Below, one piece after another: positions 28,738 to 42,300 of a stretch of 64,000 bases of DNA (positions are counted from its first letter, which is position 1; each line of letters begins with the position of its first letter). The DNA lies in NCBI GenBank assembly GCA_951406725.2, contig OX597823.1:45012001-45076000 (forward strand), read 5' to 3'. The position numbers and the translations under genes were made by a program. The notes under the pieces are model-generated. The model was not told where the DNA came from. It saw only the letters and a program-made list of their open reading frames with translations, and ran no database searches. This stretch comes from Octopus vulgaris. Taxonomy: Eukaryota.

Positions 28738-29346
28738 ACTTGGCTATCATATTTTCCCTGAAATTGAAAGTATGTTGCTGATTCCATTTGTTAACATCTC
28801 ATTTACCTTTATAAGAAACAACAATAATCTAGGAATGTTGCTTAGCACTTTAACACACAAAGCTGGAAAATGTATTTGCAGAGGTTATTAAACAAAAGCA
28901 GAATGGTGCAACACTCAGCCCTAAGATTATAAATGGCTTCAGTAATTTTGTTTTACATTTTACTTTTCTTTTTTTTTCATTCATTCATAAACATCATGCC
29001 CAGAGTAAGATGAACAGGGAGGGATAATTAGTAAGGTTAGTGAGAAATATAAAAGACACGTGTAAGATTGGCTCTGGTGGAGATAAAGGGTAGCTTGAGG
29101 AGAGGTTTAGTTACAGAAAAGGAACGTGAAAAGAAACTGTATAACAATGACTTGATAATAAAGGTTTGCAACATGAGAAGAATGGTTGATCAAGCAGATG
29201 CAGTTTCACAGAAGGTCAATGATAAAATGGAAATAGAAATGTAGGAAAGTAGATGTAATAAGGATGTAAGGATGGGAAAACATCAAGGCAATTTCACAGA
29301 CTTTTTTCCGAATAATGATTGGTTGGTTTGTGTACAACTAATTTAA

Positions 29347-29566
29347 TACTTTAGCACTTAAGCTGGCCATATCTGGCCCAAATATCCTATCTGCTTTATG
29401 GTCAGACTGGCCAGATCTGATCTCAACTGCCTATTATACAATGTCATTCTAAAAATATACAATTATATAATCAAAATTTTCAAGCAATGAAATAATGTAT
29501 AATTAATTCAAAACAATGTGAATAAATAAGCATTATATATGATATAGCAATCCAAATTCTAAGGGG
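29347..29566. mobile_element. piggyBac-type MITE family 2
   Basis: TTAA at 29343-29346 and 29567-29570; decayed TIRs (tactttagca / ttctaagggg); homologous to the other two copies. Confidence 0.8.
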
Positions 29567-29719
29567 TTAAACAATAAACTCTACAAGTGAGAAGAACAAA
29601 GCCTTCAATTAAAAATAAATTAATAAAACACTTAAAACAAACCTGTAAAATGGATTGACAGATAGACAGATGAGAACATTTACTGATTGCTGGAAGTAAC
29701 TTGGAATCAACAGTTAAAA

Positions 29720-30258
29720 TTTAAATGCACAAGGCATGAAACTTGGGGGAGGGGACTAATCAATTACATCGACTACAGTGTTCAACAGGAATTCATTTCA
29801 TCAACCTCAAAAGGATGAAAGGCAAAGTAACCTTGGTGGAATTTGAACTCAGAATGTAAGGACAGACAAAATTCTGCTAAGCATTTTGCCCGGTGTGCTA
29901 ACAATTCTGCCAACTCACTGCTTAATCAGTAACACTATTCTCATGATCCTTGCTGCTGAACCCACATTACAATCACTTCATTCATATGAGCTAAAGAGGA
30001 AACCTATTCAGTTCCCCAACCTGCAAGAAATTGCAGCAAAATTTTCCTCAAAAATGGGTTTCAAATTTTGGCACCAAGCCAACAGGTTTGGGCGAAGGAA
30101 TAATTTGATTAAATTGACCACAGTATTCAACTGGTACTTATTTTATCGCCCCCGAAAGGATGAAAGGCAAATTTCACCAGGGTCAAATTTTATCTCAGAA
30201 CATAAAGACAGACAAAATTGTTCAATATGCTAATGATTCTGCCAGCTCACTGTCTTAA
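29720..30258 (-). mobile_element. Two SINE family B copies (about 29720-29921 and 30060-30258)
   Basis: aaggatgaaaggcaaa...gaatttgaactcagaa...attctgcca(a/g)ctcactg is the reverse complement of family B. Confidence 0.8.
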
Positions 30259-30286
30259 ATCTTCTACAAATACTACCTAACCATTT

Positions 30287-30343
<57 letters not shown>

Positions 30344-31792
30344 CATACACACACACACACACACACATAATAGTCTAATACTGAATATGTACAAAAAAAT
30401 AAGACTGGATAGTCATGGTTAGAGTATCAGTTGAATGATAAACTCAACATGTAAAAATTATCTTTCAGCATGCATAGTTCAGAACTGAAGAACAAAAGCA
30501 CAACAAAGATAAGTTGTTTTTTCTTTTAACAAAATCTTCAAAATACACACAAAACTCCACACTCCAGAAAAATACAATTTATAAGAAAAACAATACTTAC
30601 ACCAACAACAACATTAAAAGCTGGATGTACCATTATGTGCCTTCAAAATAACAGAACTGCACAGAATACACTTAAAAATAAATGTAACACATACAAAAGT
30701 AAACTTCGAAAGTCTGACACAATACAAACAGCATTAAAAACACCTTCGAGGAAGTAAAAAAAAACTTATCATTGCCAACATTTCTTACAAGATGAGGAAA
30801 CTTTCTTACAAGTGAAAGACAACAGCCAACATTCCAAACTGGAACATAAGTAGATAGACACTTTGACAATTGTAGTGGTCTTATAACATACATAAAAATC
30901 TTGCATTCACTATATAGATATCACAAATGACATTCATAAGCTACTTGGAAACAATATTACTGCAGAAACACAGGTTGCTTTCAACATACAAAAGAACTAG
31001 CAACACAAAGCACATTAATACAATAAACATGTGCATACCATCAACTCCATCCCCACCACCAATCCCACACCAGATTATATACTCCATATAGAGCACTTAG
31101 CATTCACACAACACCACCTAGATTTCAGATAGAATAGACAAGCGATGTAGCATCATCCCAACTCAACGCTATATTCTAAATAAACCACACCAAGATATCT
31201 TACCATGCCAACTGCAATGACTCTTCCTCACATATCACCTTTTGCTCCCTATACTCTCAAAATAACTTGGCAAATAATTTCCTAATTCTCCTTGAACCAC
31301 AAACTCATTATTACAACACGTTTACACTATACTGAAGAAAGCTAATACACTTTTACAAACTTCAAAAAAAAAGAAAAAAAAAAGAAAAGGAAAAATAACA
31401 CAATGGAACAAGTTCCACTAAGTTTTCTAGAATTCAACAATACTCGATCACCAACATAGACACTGCAGTTCATACACTCAATAAAATAATTACAAACACA
31501 TCAAAAGAACATATCACACAAAGCAACATAAAAACTACAATCCCAGAAATAGCCAACCTCAAACACAATACACACAACTGAAATAAAAGTCAGCATCAAA
31601 CAACTAAATAATGAAATAACCAAAAAAAAAAGCATAAATAAAACAACTGGCAATCACTTATATTGAACATAAAACACAAAACTAATAGTAAAACACACTA
31701 TATATGGTAATTAGCAGCATCAATAACAACAGGGGCCACCACCATCATCATCATCATTCAATGTCTGTTTTCCATGCTGGCATGGGATGGAC

Positions 31793-32093
31793 CAGTGGTT
31801 CCCAGAGTGGGCAGTAATGTCCCACTGGTGGCAGTGGAAAATTCGAAGGGGGTATTGAAGAAAAGTTGGGTGATAATTGGGTAGCGATTCATGTAAAAAG
31901 TGGGGCAATAATAGGTTTATGTAAAACAACAAAATAATGGGTTCGTTAGGTTAAGTTTTATTTGTGAAATACAGTTGCTTTGAATTTGCTTCAGAAAGAG
32001 GTCTATGTTTGTGATGGTTAGTTGGGGTGGGGGCGCTAGGAATGTGGCCTGGGTGTCAAGGGGGCGGCAGCCTGAAAAGTTTGAGAACCACTG
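31793..32093. mobile_element. hAT (Charlie-like) MITE nested in an RTE-tail repeat
   Basis: CAGTGGTTCCCA / TGAGAACCACTG ends; 8-bp TSD GGATGGAC / GGTTGGAC. Confidence 0.85.
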
Positions 32094-33084
32094 GGTTGGA
32101 CAGTTTGACAGGAGCTGGCAAGGCTACGATCCACACCAAGTTCCATTGTTTTGGCATGGCTTCTACAGCTGGATGCCCTTCCAAGTGCCAACCACTTTAC
32201 AGAGTGGCCATAATAATCTCAAATAGTATCTATACACTACAATGCCAATCAAATACCTTGATCAGACATTTCTCAAAAATCAGCCATCAAAAGCTATATA
32301 AAATGAAATCACAATGAAAAATATGTACCTTTCACCTTGACCATAATTTTGACTCCTTCCTTTCATCAGATACCCAAAAAACAACAGGGTAATCTAAATC
32401 CTCAAAAGCTTCAGGGCCAGGCAAAACCACACACATTCATCTAAAACACTTAGTAGCATGATCGAATCACTGCACTCTCCAACAACTCATACTAATCTCA
32501 TCAAATTCATTGATTCTTAAAGCAGGAAAAGAATTATAACAAATCTAAAGCTCTACCAAATTACAAATGAAATAACATCAAATAACTATCACCCACATAT
32601 GCATGCTTGCAAACATTCCAGAAAGGCTAATCTTTAACATCACTAACACACAAATCCTCTTCTCCTGATCATACTCAGATACCAAGAACCATCCTACTCA
32701 CAAGACGAACACAAACAAATAATGATGGCCTCAACTACAAATAACACACACACACACTAGCTAGCATTTACATCAGTAAAGTTTTTAATTCCATTCCTCA
32801 TTATCCTTTCAACACAAAATGCTGATTAGCAAATTACTCATCAGGCGACCAAGCCTATGTAATGTACTGAAACAGCACCTGCAGAATCCGAGTCATACCA
32901 AACAGAGTACAAACATACATCTTCTTACTCATTCTTTTCAACCTTTACTGATTGAGCCTTTTCACATACCCAAAATGTGTGCAGATAGCCTTATACATAG
33001 ATAATAGCACACACGCACACATCCTCCTACTGCTCTCCAGACACTGCAGCATAACTATTCCAACCTTTCTTAAATCTCCTAGGC

Positions 33085-33382
33085 CAGTGCTACTCAAAGT
33101 GGTATATGGCACACTGGTATTTGGCTGAAGAATGTTGTACCGGTCCATGAGCCATCAGCTGCCGGTACACGGCAAGTTTCCAGAAAAGAAAGAAGCATTA
33201 TAAAATGCTTATGTAATATTGTATTATTTGTTTACAAAATAAATATAAGATAAAAAAAAGTCAACTTTTATTTATATTCATTAAATATATTGTTTCTGGT
33301 ATAAATTAATATTACCAGTCCCTGGCACATTGGAAAAAAAAAACCTGCCAGTACACCACATCAGATAATTTGAGAAGCACTG
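33085..33382. mobile_element. hAT (Charlie-like) MITE
   Basis: CAGTGCTACTCAAA / TTTGAGAAGCACTG; 8-bp TSD TCCTAGGC / CCCTAGAC with central CTAG. Confidence 0.82.
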
Positions 33383-34703
33383 CCCTAGACCACTTGGACA
33401 TGCGAGGGGCACAGTTTGTTGCCACAGCATGTTTAACCTCTCTCCCCACCAACACCACCACACACACACACACATATAGTCTGTGTCATTATGTAAAAAA
33501 AAAATCACAACTAAACATCTGGGTACAACTACAAAATCCCAGAGCATTATTCCAACAACCAATAGACATTATCATTCTAGCTCAGCCTTGACAAGCATAA
33601 AAGAAAAAAAAAACATATACAGAAACAAACAATAAGTGCAGAAGAACAGCTACTGATGCACTCCACCTTGCCTGCTTCCATGTGGCCACCATTGGAATAT
33701 ACAGGTGTATAAGAGAGACCAGACATTTGAGAGGATGCAGTTTGTCTGGACTATCATGCTGCATCCCATACAATTCTTTACTGTCTGCTAGAATGTGCAG
33801 TATGACCTTCAGCTAGGAAGAGACAGTATAACTGAGAAGATGAACCTGTGGGTCATGCTACAACATTCTTCAGTCAAATACCAGTCTGCCATATACCTGC
33901 TCAATCAGTTTTGATCTAGAGCTACACAACACCAATATCCTAAAGATAAAACTGGAGAGGTTTACAAACATTGATGGACCTAGGAAGTTTATTGTCACAA
34001 ACTAAACAAAAGACTAACAAGGGAATACAAAATAAAAATCATTAATCAAACTTGAACATCGTCATGTTTTCAATATAAGTTTGAAAAATAAAAAAGAGGT
34101 GTTCCTTATATACATGAATACAAATGTGTCTGTATATATAAATTCACAAATACACATATATTTTAACAAGATCATAAAAGTAACATATATTTTAGTTCAA
34201 AAGCCATTATAAAACCTTGTGGCTTTTGTTAATGAACAAAGAGAAAGCTATAAACCTAAAATTAAACATTTCTGAATAGTGAATAACTATGCATGTCACC
34301 ATTTGTATGATGCACAAGTTTTTCAAGAATAAATTGACTTCATAAATTCTGAAATAACTTGTACATATAGGCAAATCAAAAATGAAAACAAAAACAACAG
34401 TCAAAAGGACATACATAGTTAACGCATTAGGTTGGTGCTCAGTTTAAGATGGGAAAAATAATGGGGCGTGATGTTTGAAAGGTTCGGAGAGAAGGAAAAG
34501 AATAGTCTGAGAAAAGCACACGTGCGGTTACATGGCTGAAATGACCCGATGATATACATGTCATAATCATCATCACCATCATCGTCCTTTAATAACCCTA
34601 AACAAGTATTTTATGACTGTTTAAATCATCATCATTTTAAAGTCTATTTTTCTACACTGGCATATGCTATTTCATTATACTTCTTGATCATTTCATTTAT
34701 CAA

Positions 34704-35306
34704 CCCTTTAGTATTTAATCCAGCCATAACCAGCCCAAATATTTTACCTGTTTTACATTAAAACTGGCCAAATCTAGCCTCTCACATCTACCCGACAATG
34801 TCATTCTAAAAATATACAATCACACCATTGAAATCTTGAAGTTACAAGATATTTCTTTTATTTCTTTTACTTTTTTCAGTCATTTGACTGTGGTCATGCT
34901 GGAGCATCACCTTAATGGGTTTTAGTTGAAGAAATTGACCCCAGGACTTATTCTTTGTAAGCTTAGTACTTATTCTATTGGTCCCTTTTGCCAAACCGCT
35001 CAGTTACGGGGACATAAACACACTGGCATTGGTTGTCAAGTAACATAGACACACAAATGTATACATATATATGTATATATGATGGACGTCTTTCAGTTTC
35101 TGTCTACCAAATCTACTCACAAAGCTTTGTTCTGCCTGAAGCTATAGTAGAAGACACTTGTCCAAAGTGTCATGCAATGGAACTGAACCTGGAACCATGT
35201 GGTTAGAAAGCAAGCATCTTACCACACAGCTACGCTTGTGCCATAATTCCAAACAATGTGAATAAATAAACAATACATTTGATAAGGAAATCTGAATGCT
35301 AAAAGG
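34704..35306. mobile_element. piggyBac-type MITE family 2 interrupted by a SINE
   Basis: CCCTTTAGTATT ... AATGCTAAAAGG|TTAA; the two halves are separated by the SINE at 34852-35242. Confidence 0.8.
34852..35242 (-). mobile_element. SINE family A nested in piggyBac MITE
   Basis: Colinear with other family A copies; flanked by MITE halves. Confidence 0.85.
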
Positions 35307-36294
35307 TTAAGGCCCTGCTCTTTCAGGCTTGATCTAACTATCTAGCTACTACTTTTCAATCCTTCTTTATCTCATTATCTTGAGGACCAGGGTGAAGAAA
35401 AGAGAGCTTGGAAAAGGAGTAATATAGTCATTAAGATCTAAAAGGTAGGTAAAGATTTAGGGTGATATAGAGAAAAATAAACACAAAGAAAAAAGAAAGC
35501 GATAGAAGATTTAATCTTTCTCTAGCAATTTCAGATATTCTTTGTAATTTTATTTCATTATATCCATCATGTGGTTTGTAAGTGTTTTCGTCCCTTATGA
35601 ACTTTAGGCTTAAAACAGCTTCCAAAAATAATAAGTAAAAAAAGAAAGAAAACTATAATGATTGTTTTGATAAACTGAATGCCATAAGAGAACTTATTAT
35701 AATTTGCAAAGATTAGAAGCACAAAGATAAATTGGCCAGTGACTTTGAGGAAAGACTAATACCATCTTTAGCCAGACTAGCTATCCAGCTAAACAACAAA
35801 ATAACAATTTTATCTTTCTACATTATGGATGTTTATATGCGACTACCTATGTATAAGCCAATGTTTTCTATGACTGTATGATTTTAATCTATGTGTGTGT
35901 GTTTATCCTAGACAATGTTCTTCAGTAATAGATTCTATATAATGTAGCATTAATGTATGCCTTTTTTCTTTTTAGCATAATAATAATAATGTAGAAGGAT
36001 ACAATCACAAGGGAAAGAAAATGTAGACTAGTTGATTGAAATGACTCCAGTACATCACTATTTATTTTATTCCCCCTGGTAGGATTAAAGGAAAATAAAA
36101 TAATGCAACACACCGGCAACAATAAATTTCAAAAATATCTTCTTGGCCTATTTTTACAAATTGTCATATTGAGTAGGTGCAAGACAAACCATAGCTTGGG
36201 TAGGAAACTCCCAGAGAAAGGCTGGTTAATTATCTAGCTAGGAATCCCTGAAGCACAACAAAATTGATTTTAACTGCCAAACTATGAGTCAGAG

Positions 36295-36758
36295 CAGTGT
36301 TTTTCAACTATTTTTTACCTATGAAAACCTCTGTGATTCCTATTTTACTTAGGTGGGCCTCTCAGTCATTTGATGTTTAAAAAAATCATTTTAAGTTTTT
36401 ATAATTAAATATTATTAGGAATTGTATAAAAATAATTATTAAAATATTTTGTGTATTGTAGAATGAAAATACCAGCAAACCTAAATTTGAATGTTAGGCT
36501 GATCTTAAAACTTAAAATTCATTTTCATATCATGTTATCTCACAGATTTTGGGGGTAATTGTATTAAAATTGAAACTTTGAGTGGATAGAAACTGAAAAA
36601 AAAAGCCAATTTTATATATGTATGTGTGTTTGTGTCATCTTGAGAGCACATGACAGTTGTAAAGCAGTGTCATTCATTTCCAATATAACCACAAATTTCA
36701 ACAACAAAATTTTATATGGAGCCCCAAGGGCCATATGGACCCTGTCTGAGAACCACTG
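36295..36758. mobile_element. Old hAT-like MITE
   Basis: CAGTGTTTTTCA / TGAGAACCACTG ends; TSD poorly preserved. Confidence 0.6.
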
Positions 36759-38184
36759 AGTTAATGTAATCCTATGCAATCATTTCATTTCAAATGAACA
36801 CATACTAATAAAACATTTAATATGGTTCTCCATCCCCTACAACTAATTCACTGCACTTTAGTAGGAAAAATATTGATGGTTCCAGAAAGTGGATAACACA
36901 ATAACCTTTTTTTTGAAAGAGAAATAAAGGTCATGGACAATCAGCTCAACGACTGTATATTATTGGCATATATTTGAGCCAAGAAGAGAACAGTCATTCA
37001 GTTTGCAGATGACCGCAGCTAAATCTTCCTCAAATTTCATCATTCCTTCTTAAAATAGAAATAAAGACAACAGAAGCTAAAATAAGGAAGAAAATGTCAA
37101 GACTAGAATGCAGAGTCTACAATTTCTTAACTGGATATTTCTTCAGTATAAATCCTAATAATTTCACCCTTCAATGATTCTCTGGTAATGTCCCTCAATC
37201 CAGCTCAAATTGTTAATTGTCAAAATCACAGTAGTAATAAATCATTTTCTCATTTTATTTGAATTATGCATCTTGCACGCTCATTAGCTGTTATGTTTCA
37301 GTTGTTACCATGCTTGTATGTTCGTTTCTACATGTGTATATGTGTTGTGTTCATTTGAACTGTTTAATTTCTGTGTGCACTCATCTGTACATTATCAGAT
37401 TTATCCCATTTAACACGTATGCATGTTATATATATGCAGATGTAAACGAATCAATTCATTCGTTTTGAAAAACATGGCTGTATATTTATGTCAGAAATTC
37501 CAGTTGAATATATTTATAAATGAAGGGTAGATACTAAATTACTCATTTTTTCTGAAGTTCTTATTGAAAATAGAAACTAGAAAATAGATATGTAAAGGAA
37601 ATGCATATATACTCAATACAGATGTGTCTATCTCCACTGATACTTATATTGTTTCTTCCATAAATTCTTACTGATCTATATTAGTGCAATGGGGTTCCTC
37701 CATTTCTATGAATTAGATGTGACATACATACTATTTTAGGCGAAAATAGATGTCATCATTTTTGTTTTGTTTTTTTCATCATTTTTATATTCACTTCCAA
37801 GGCAGCATGGTTTGGACAAGACTTCTTCAGTATTCTTTGGTTTTCCTGTCACCAATTTTTCCACTGTTCTTCATGCATTGAAACAACTAAGATACTGGAT
37901 ATGATGTTAACAGGAGATGTAGACAAATGTCACAGTCACCCAAAACACAAATTATATAACACACACACATGTACATCATCATCAATTCAGGTGTGTTTTC
38001 TATGCTGGCATAATTTTCTGCAGTTTCTTTCTACAAAGTTTCACTCACAAGGAACTAGTTTGCTCAAGGAATGGAGCAACTTCATAAGCACATATCATTA
38101 TAAGCATACACACACATATATATATATATACAAACATAAATATATATATATGCACACATAAACATGTATACATGCACACATATG

Positions 38185-38681
38185 CAGGGCGATTAAAAAG
38201 TAACTCCCCATTTTTAAATACTTATAAATTATTTATCAATTGTAATTTTTTTTTTGAAGTATGAGAATTTAATCTGTAATTGTATTGCTCTTGTCATTTG
38301 TGAATGACTGAATGCCCACTTCCCTGGGAGATGGATGGGCCACCATGGTCTGCATGGGTGGCCAGCCAGGAGTCCTGATTTAACACCCTGTTACTTCTTT
38401 CTTTAGAGTGGGTTAAAGGAACAAGTCTACTGTACCAAACCAAAAACTTTGGAAGAACTTGAAAGATGAATACAAGAAGTTATGTCTTCCATTCCACAAG
38501 AGTTCCTGGTGAAATCAGTTGATGCAATTCCTGGGTGAATCAAGAAGCTGGTGGCGACATCTTAAGCCTATATCAAATTTTAAATAAAGCTTTCCTCTCA
38601 TATCCATATTTTTGTAAAAATTACAATTAATAAATAATTTATAAGTATTTTAAAACAGGGAGTTACTTTTCAATTACCCTG
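38185..38681 (+). mobile_element. Internally deleted Tc1/mariner-superfamily transposon
   Basis: About 60-bp imperfect TIRs (CAGGGCGATTAAAAAGTAACTCCC.. / ..GGGAGTTACTTTTCAATTACCCTG|TA); LNAHFPGRWMG..WPARSPDLTPCYFFL..KEQVY.TKPKTLEEL. Confidence 0.9.
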
Positions 38682-39995
38682 TATATAGAGAGTGATTCAT
38701 AAGTCCATCTAACATTTAAATGATATAAAACATATTTTATTACAATTTTGCTTGTATATATTTTAAATATTCTTTGTTATTTTGTTGCAAGTCTCACTCA
38801 CTGTCTCTACATGTGTGTGTCCATATACAATAATTAAATACATGCACACAGACAGTGTCTGTTTTCACGTCAAGCTATAAATAAAAAGATTTTAATCAAA
38901 GGATCACTAAATATTTTTTAGTAGAGTACAATGTTTGTTAACTTTTACAAAGAAAAGTTTGGCAGCGACTATATATATATATTTAATGTAGTCCCATCTA
39001 TGCCAGCATAGAAAGCAGATGTTAAACAATGATTATATGTATATCATTTTAAATCTGCTTTCTACACAGGCATGTTGCACTGGACAGTTTGGCAAAACCC
39101 AACAGATCAGAGAACCAAATATCCCTTCAATTTCTCATTTCTAGCATGGTTTCTACAGCTGATCACTCTTCCTAATACCAATCAATTTACATCCAGAGTA
39201 GATGCATTTTATCAAGGCATCAACACAGGAGAGGTTGTTATGTTTTATGTAAGACAAAATGATTCCCCTCTACCTTACAGTGTCCAGTTTGTTGCAGCCA
39301 GCTAGTCATGTACCTCAAACCCTTAAACATCCCAATCCACTTGTCTCTCCATCTCTTGTGGCATCCACCACACACCTGGCTCCTATATTAGCCACTATTC
39401 TCTGTCCTTCCTCCTCAAAACATCAACTGTTTGGAATCGTCTCCCTGCTCCTGTCTTTCTTGCAGTGTAAATGGAACATTAGCAGCAAACTCATTGGTCT
39501 GAGAAGGCCTGCAAAATTCATAACAATTGCCCTTCTTCCAGATGTAGCAAGTAAAAAAGCAATAAACAAGTAAAATAAAATAGTGTACTATGTATTTTGA
39601 TATTTATTCATATATTATTTGTATTATAACACACATTGATTAAAGCTGAACAATTTCAGGAATGAGTTTTCACTGAAGTTTCTTCTTTGAAATTCCAGAA
39701 ATAAATCTTTAACTGACAAACCAATTCACTATACAAATGCATCAAACATTCACCTCTCACTTACATCCTCTTTCTACACTGTTTTCTCCTGCAATCCTCC
39801 AACCACTAACGTTCTTTATATACACTAAATTCTACCAAATTTGTTTGAGAATCATTTCTGATGAACTGAAAAGAAGAAACTGCAGCAAAAGAATAATCCT
39901 GAATTATTTAGATTTATCCATACTTTTAATACTGAGTACTATGTAAGCATGTTTGTTTCTGCATTTGTACAATTGATATTATTATATCTATCAAT

Positions 39996-40205
39996 TAAGG
40001 TGGCGAGCTGGCAGAATTGTTACTGCACCAGGCAAACTGCTTAGTGGCATATCATCTGTCTTTAGATTTGGAGTTCAAATTCCACTGAGGTCAACTTTGC
40101 TGTTCACTCTTTTGGGGTTGAAAAAATAAGTACCAGTTGGGTCGATATAATCAACTTAGCCCTACCCCTAAACTTGCTGATCTTGTGCCAAAATTTGAAA
40201 TCATT
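39996..40205 (+). mobile_element. SINE family B
   Basis: aaggtggcgagctggcagaattg...gagttcaaattccactgaggtcaactttgc...gtgccaaaatttgaaa. Confidence 0.85.
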
Positions 40206-40437
40206 ATCATATTCATCAGTCAAAAATAATCTCAATTCACTGTAGTATTCAATACACTTTAAGATGTAGAGTTTGCACGTGAAATCATGTTTTGGTTCTT
40301 AAAGCAGAATTTTATCAAAGGCTTTTGACTGTATTTGCCCCTAATGAACAAAAGCAAAAGGATTCGGCTGTAGAGAAATATATAAACAATCGTGCATGCA
40401 TGCATGCATGTATGTATGTATGTATGTATGTTTTCTT

Positions 40438-40752
40438 TGGTTGGTTGGTTGGTTGTTCCTTCTCGAGCCATGCATAGCTCATAAGGGCCGGTTTCCCAGT
40501 TTCTTGGCATATAGGTTCCCCACCTGGACGGGACGCCGGTCTGTCACAGGTGAGCTGCAAGATGCAGGAGGAAAGAGTGAGAGAAAGTTGTGGCGAAAGA
40601 GTCAGCAGAAGTTTCGCCATTACCTTCTGCCGGAGCTGCGTGGAGCTTAGGTGTTTTGCTCATTAACACACATATCGCCCGTTCTGAGATTCGAACCCGC
40701 GATCCCTCGACTGCGAGTCCGCTGCTCTAACCACCAGGCCATGTGCCTCCAC
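40438..40752 (-). mobile_element. Young tRNA-derived SINE, distinct family
   Basis: Head gtggaggcacaTGGCCTGGTGGttagagc...gGGTTCGAATCtc (A and B boxes), unrelated body, (AACC)n tail; CpGs intact. Confidence 0.85.
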
Positions 40753-40769
40753 ACATGATTTTTCTTTGA

Positions 40770-41148
40770 GTGTTAGTCAAGTTTTTATTTAGAGAATTCG
40801 AGCTGGTCAGTAACAAAGGAACAAAACTTTTGGGGTTAAGAGAGTTCCCAGTGTTTGTAAATATGTGGTTGAGTTGGTATGTTGGTTGAACAGTCGATGT
40901 ATGCACTCAAGAGTGTTCATCTATTCACCAAAAAAAATTCCTGATTGCAGAATCTTTGGAATGTCTTACAAACCTCCAATGTGTTCTTAGATTGGATTTG
41001 GAGAATCTATGTCGGTTTCTTTTGCTTTCTTTGAAAGACCTAATATTTCTAGGTTTTTTAGTCAATTTGTTGATATATATCCTGATGCACCTATGATTTT
41101 AGGTACAAATGAGAATTTATAGTCAGAATACAAGAGTTATAAGTTCCA
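40770..41148 (-). mobile_element. 3' end of R4/Dong-like element
   Basis: Minus translation LLYSDYKFSFVPKIIGASGY..KNLEILG, homologous to the end of ORF 47424-47864. Confidence 0.75.
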
Positions 41149-42099
41149 CGTGTGTGAGTGTGTGTGATTATGTAAGTATGCGAGTATGTGTGTGTGTGAG
41201 TGTATGTATGTGAATGAGTATGTATTTCAAATTCCGTTGAGGTCAACTTAGTCGTTCATTTTTTTCTGAGAACGATAAAATAAAGCTCCAGTCAATTACT
41301 GAGTGTAATTCAGATGATACGTCCTAGATTTGAAGAGAATCATAATACGTGATGCGAACAGATGTATATAAATGGTTGAAAGGTAGCAAACATGACGAAC
41401 ATGGGCAACCATCCAGAAAATGATCATCTGAACAGGAGATTTGTTTCCGGAAAAAAACTGAATGGTAAATTAAATCTACCAATAATGCATAACCAATAGC
41501 TACTGTATTGACTCAGTAACGATAACAGATATTAAAAGAAACAGCTCTGCGATTCCAGCTCTCGCCATAAGGCACGAACCAGATACCGCAACGTGTCTAA
41601 AACTAGCTCGCAACACTGCTTGAAAACGGCACTCCACTGCGCGCACGCGCGTATGTGTGTATATGTGTACTGCGGTCACACTGTTTTATCCTTTCCAACG
41701 TCATTGATCATCGTATGCACGCACTCATAATACACACAGTGATTTTTAAAATATATCGATTAGCCAATTTGGCACAAGGCCGCAAATATTACAGCGTACG
41801 TACATACATACATGCCGGGATTTTATCTACCCAAGGGAATTTGACAAAACGAAAGGAAAAGTGACGCCGGCAACAGTGAAAGCTTAAAATACTGTATGAC
41901 CATTTCGTATGGCACCTTACTGCTTCCACTTCACTACTCTTTGAACGGTTTATATATACCTACATAAAGTGGTCTTAGTCATATTCTGAGTTATACACAC
42001 TTTTTATACTCGGTAAAAACCTTTGTCTGACAGGAAGAACGCCGATATGAACGAATTGATTCAAAATCTTTCTGATTCTTAAGTATAGAAGGGGCATTT

Positions 42100-42300
42100 A
42101 CATGGACCCTTTACACGTTAGAAGCAGCAGACTGATCCCTCTTAAATCACATCCGATTGTCTTTAAATAAAATATAAAATAAAAAAAAAAAAGATAACGT
42201 TATCCAAGACATTGGAAAAAAATCTCTTAAGGTCATGCTTGGACCATCTTTAATCATAGATTTACTTAATCAGAGTTGACCCGGGGCAAAAATACAATAG
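42100..42300 (+). repeat. Unclassified dispersed repeat family
   Basis: Shared (c/t)tagaa(a/g)(c/t)agcag..aaatc..cctcaaatcaca core and ggtcatg..tgga..gcc downstream; related copies near 11900, 22315, 24880, 36990 (+) and 3985, 17630 (-). Confidence 0.55.

Noticed and set aside
41569-41577. TAAGGCACG, identical to the miR-124 5' end
   Set aside because: Only 9 nt match and no precursor hairpin.
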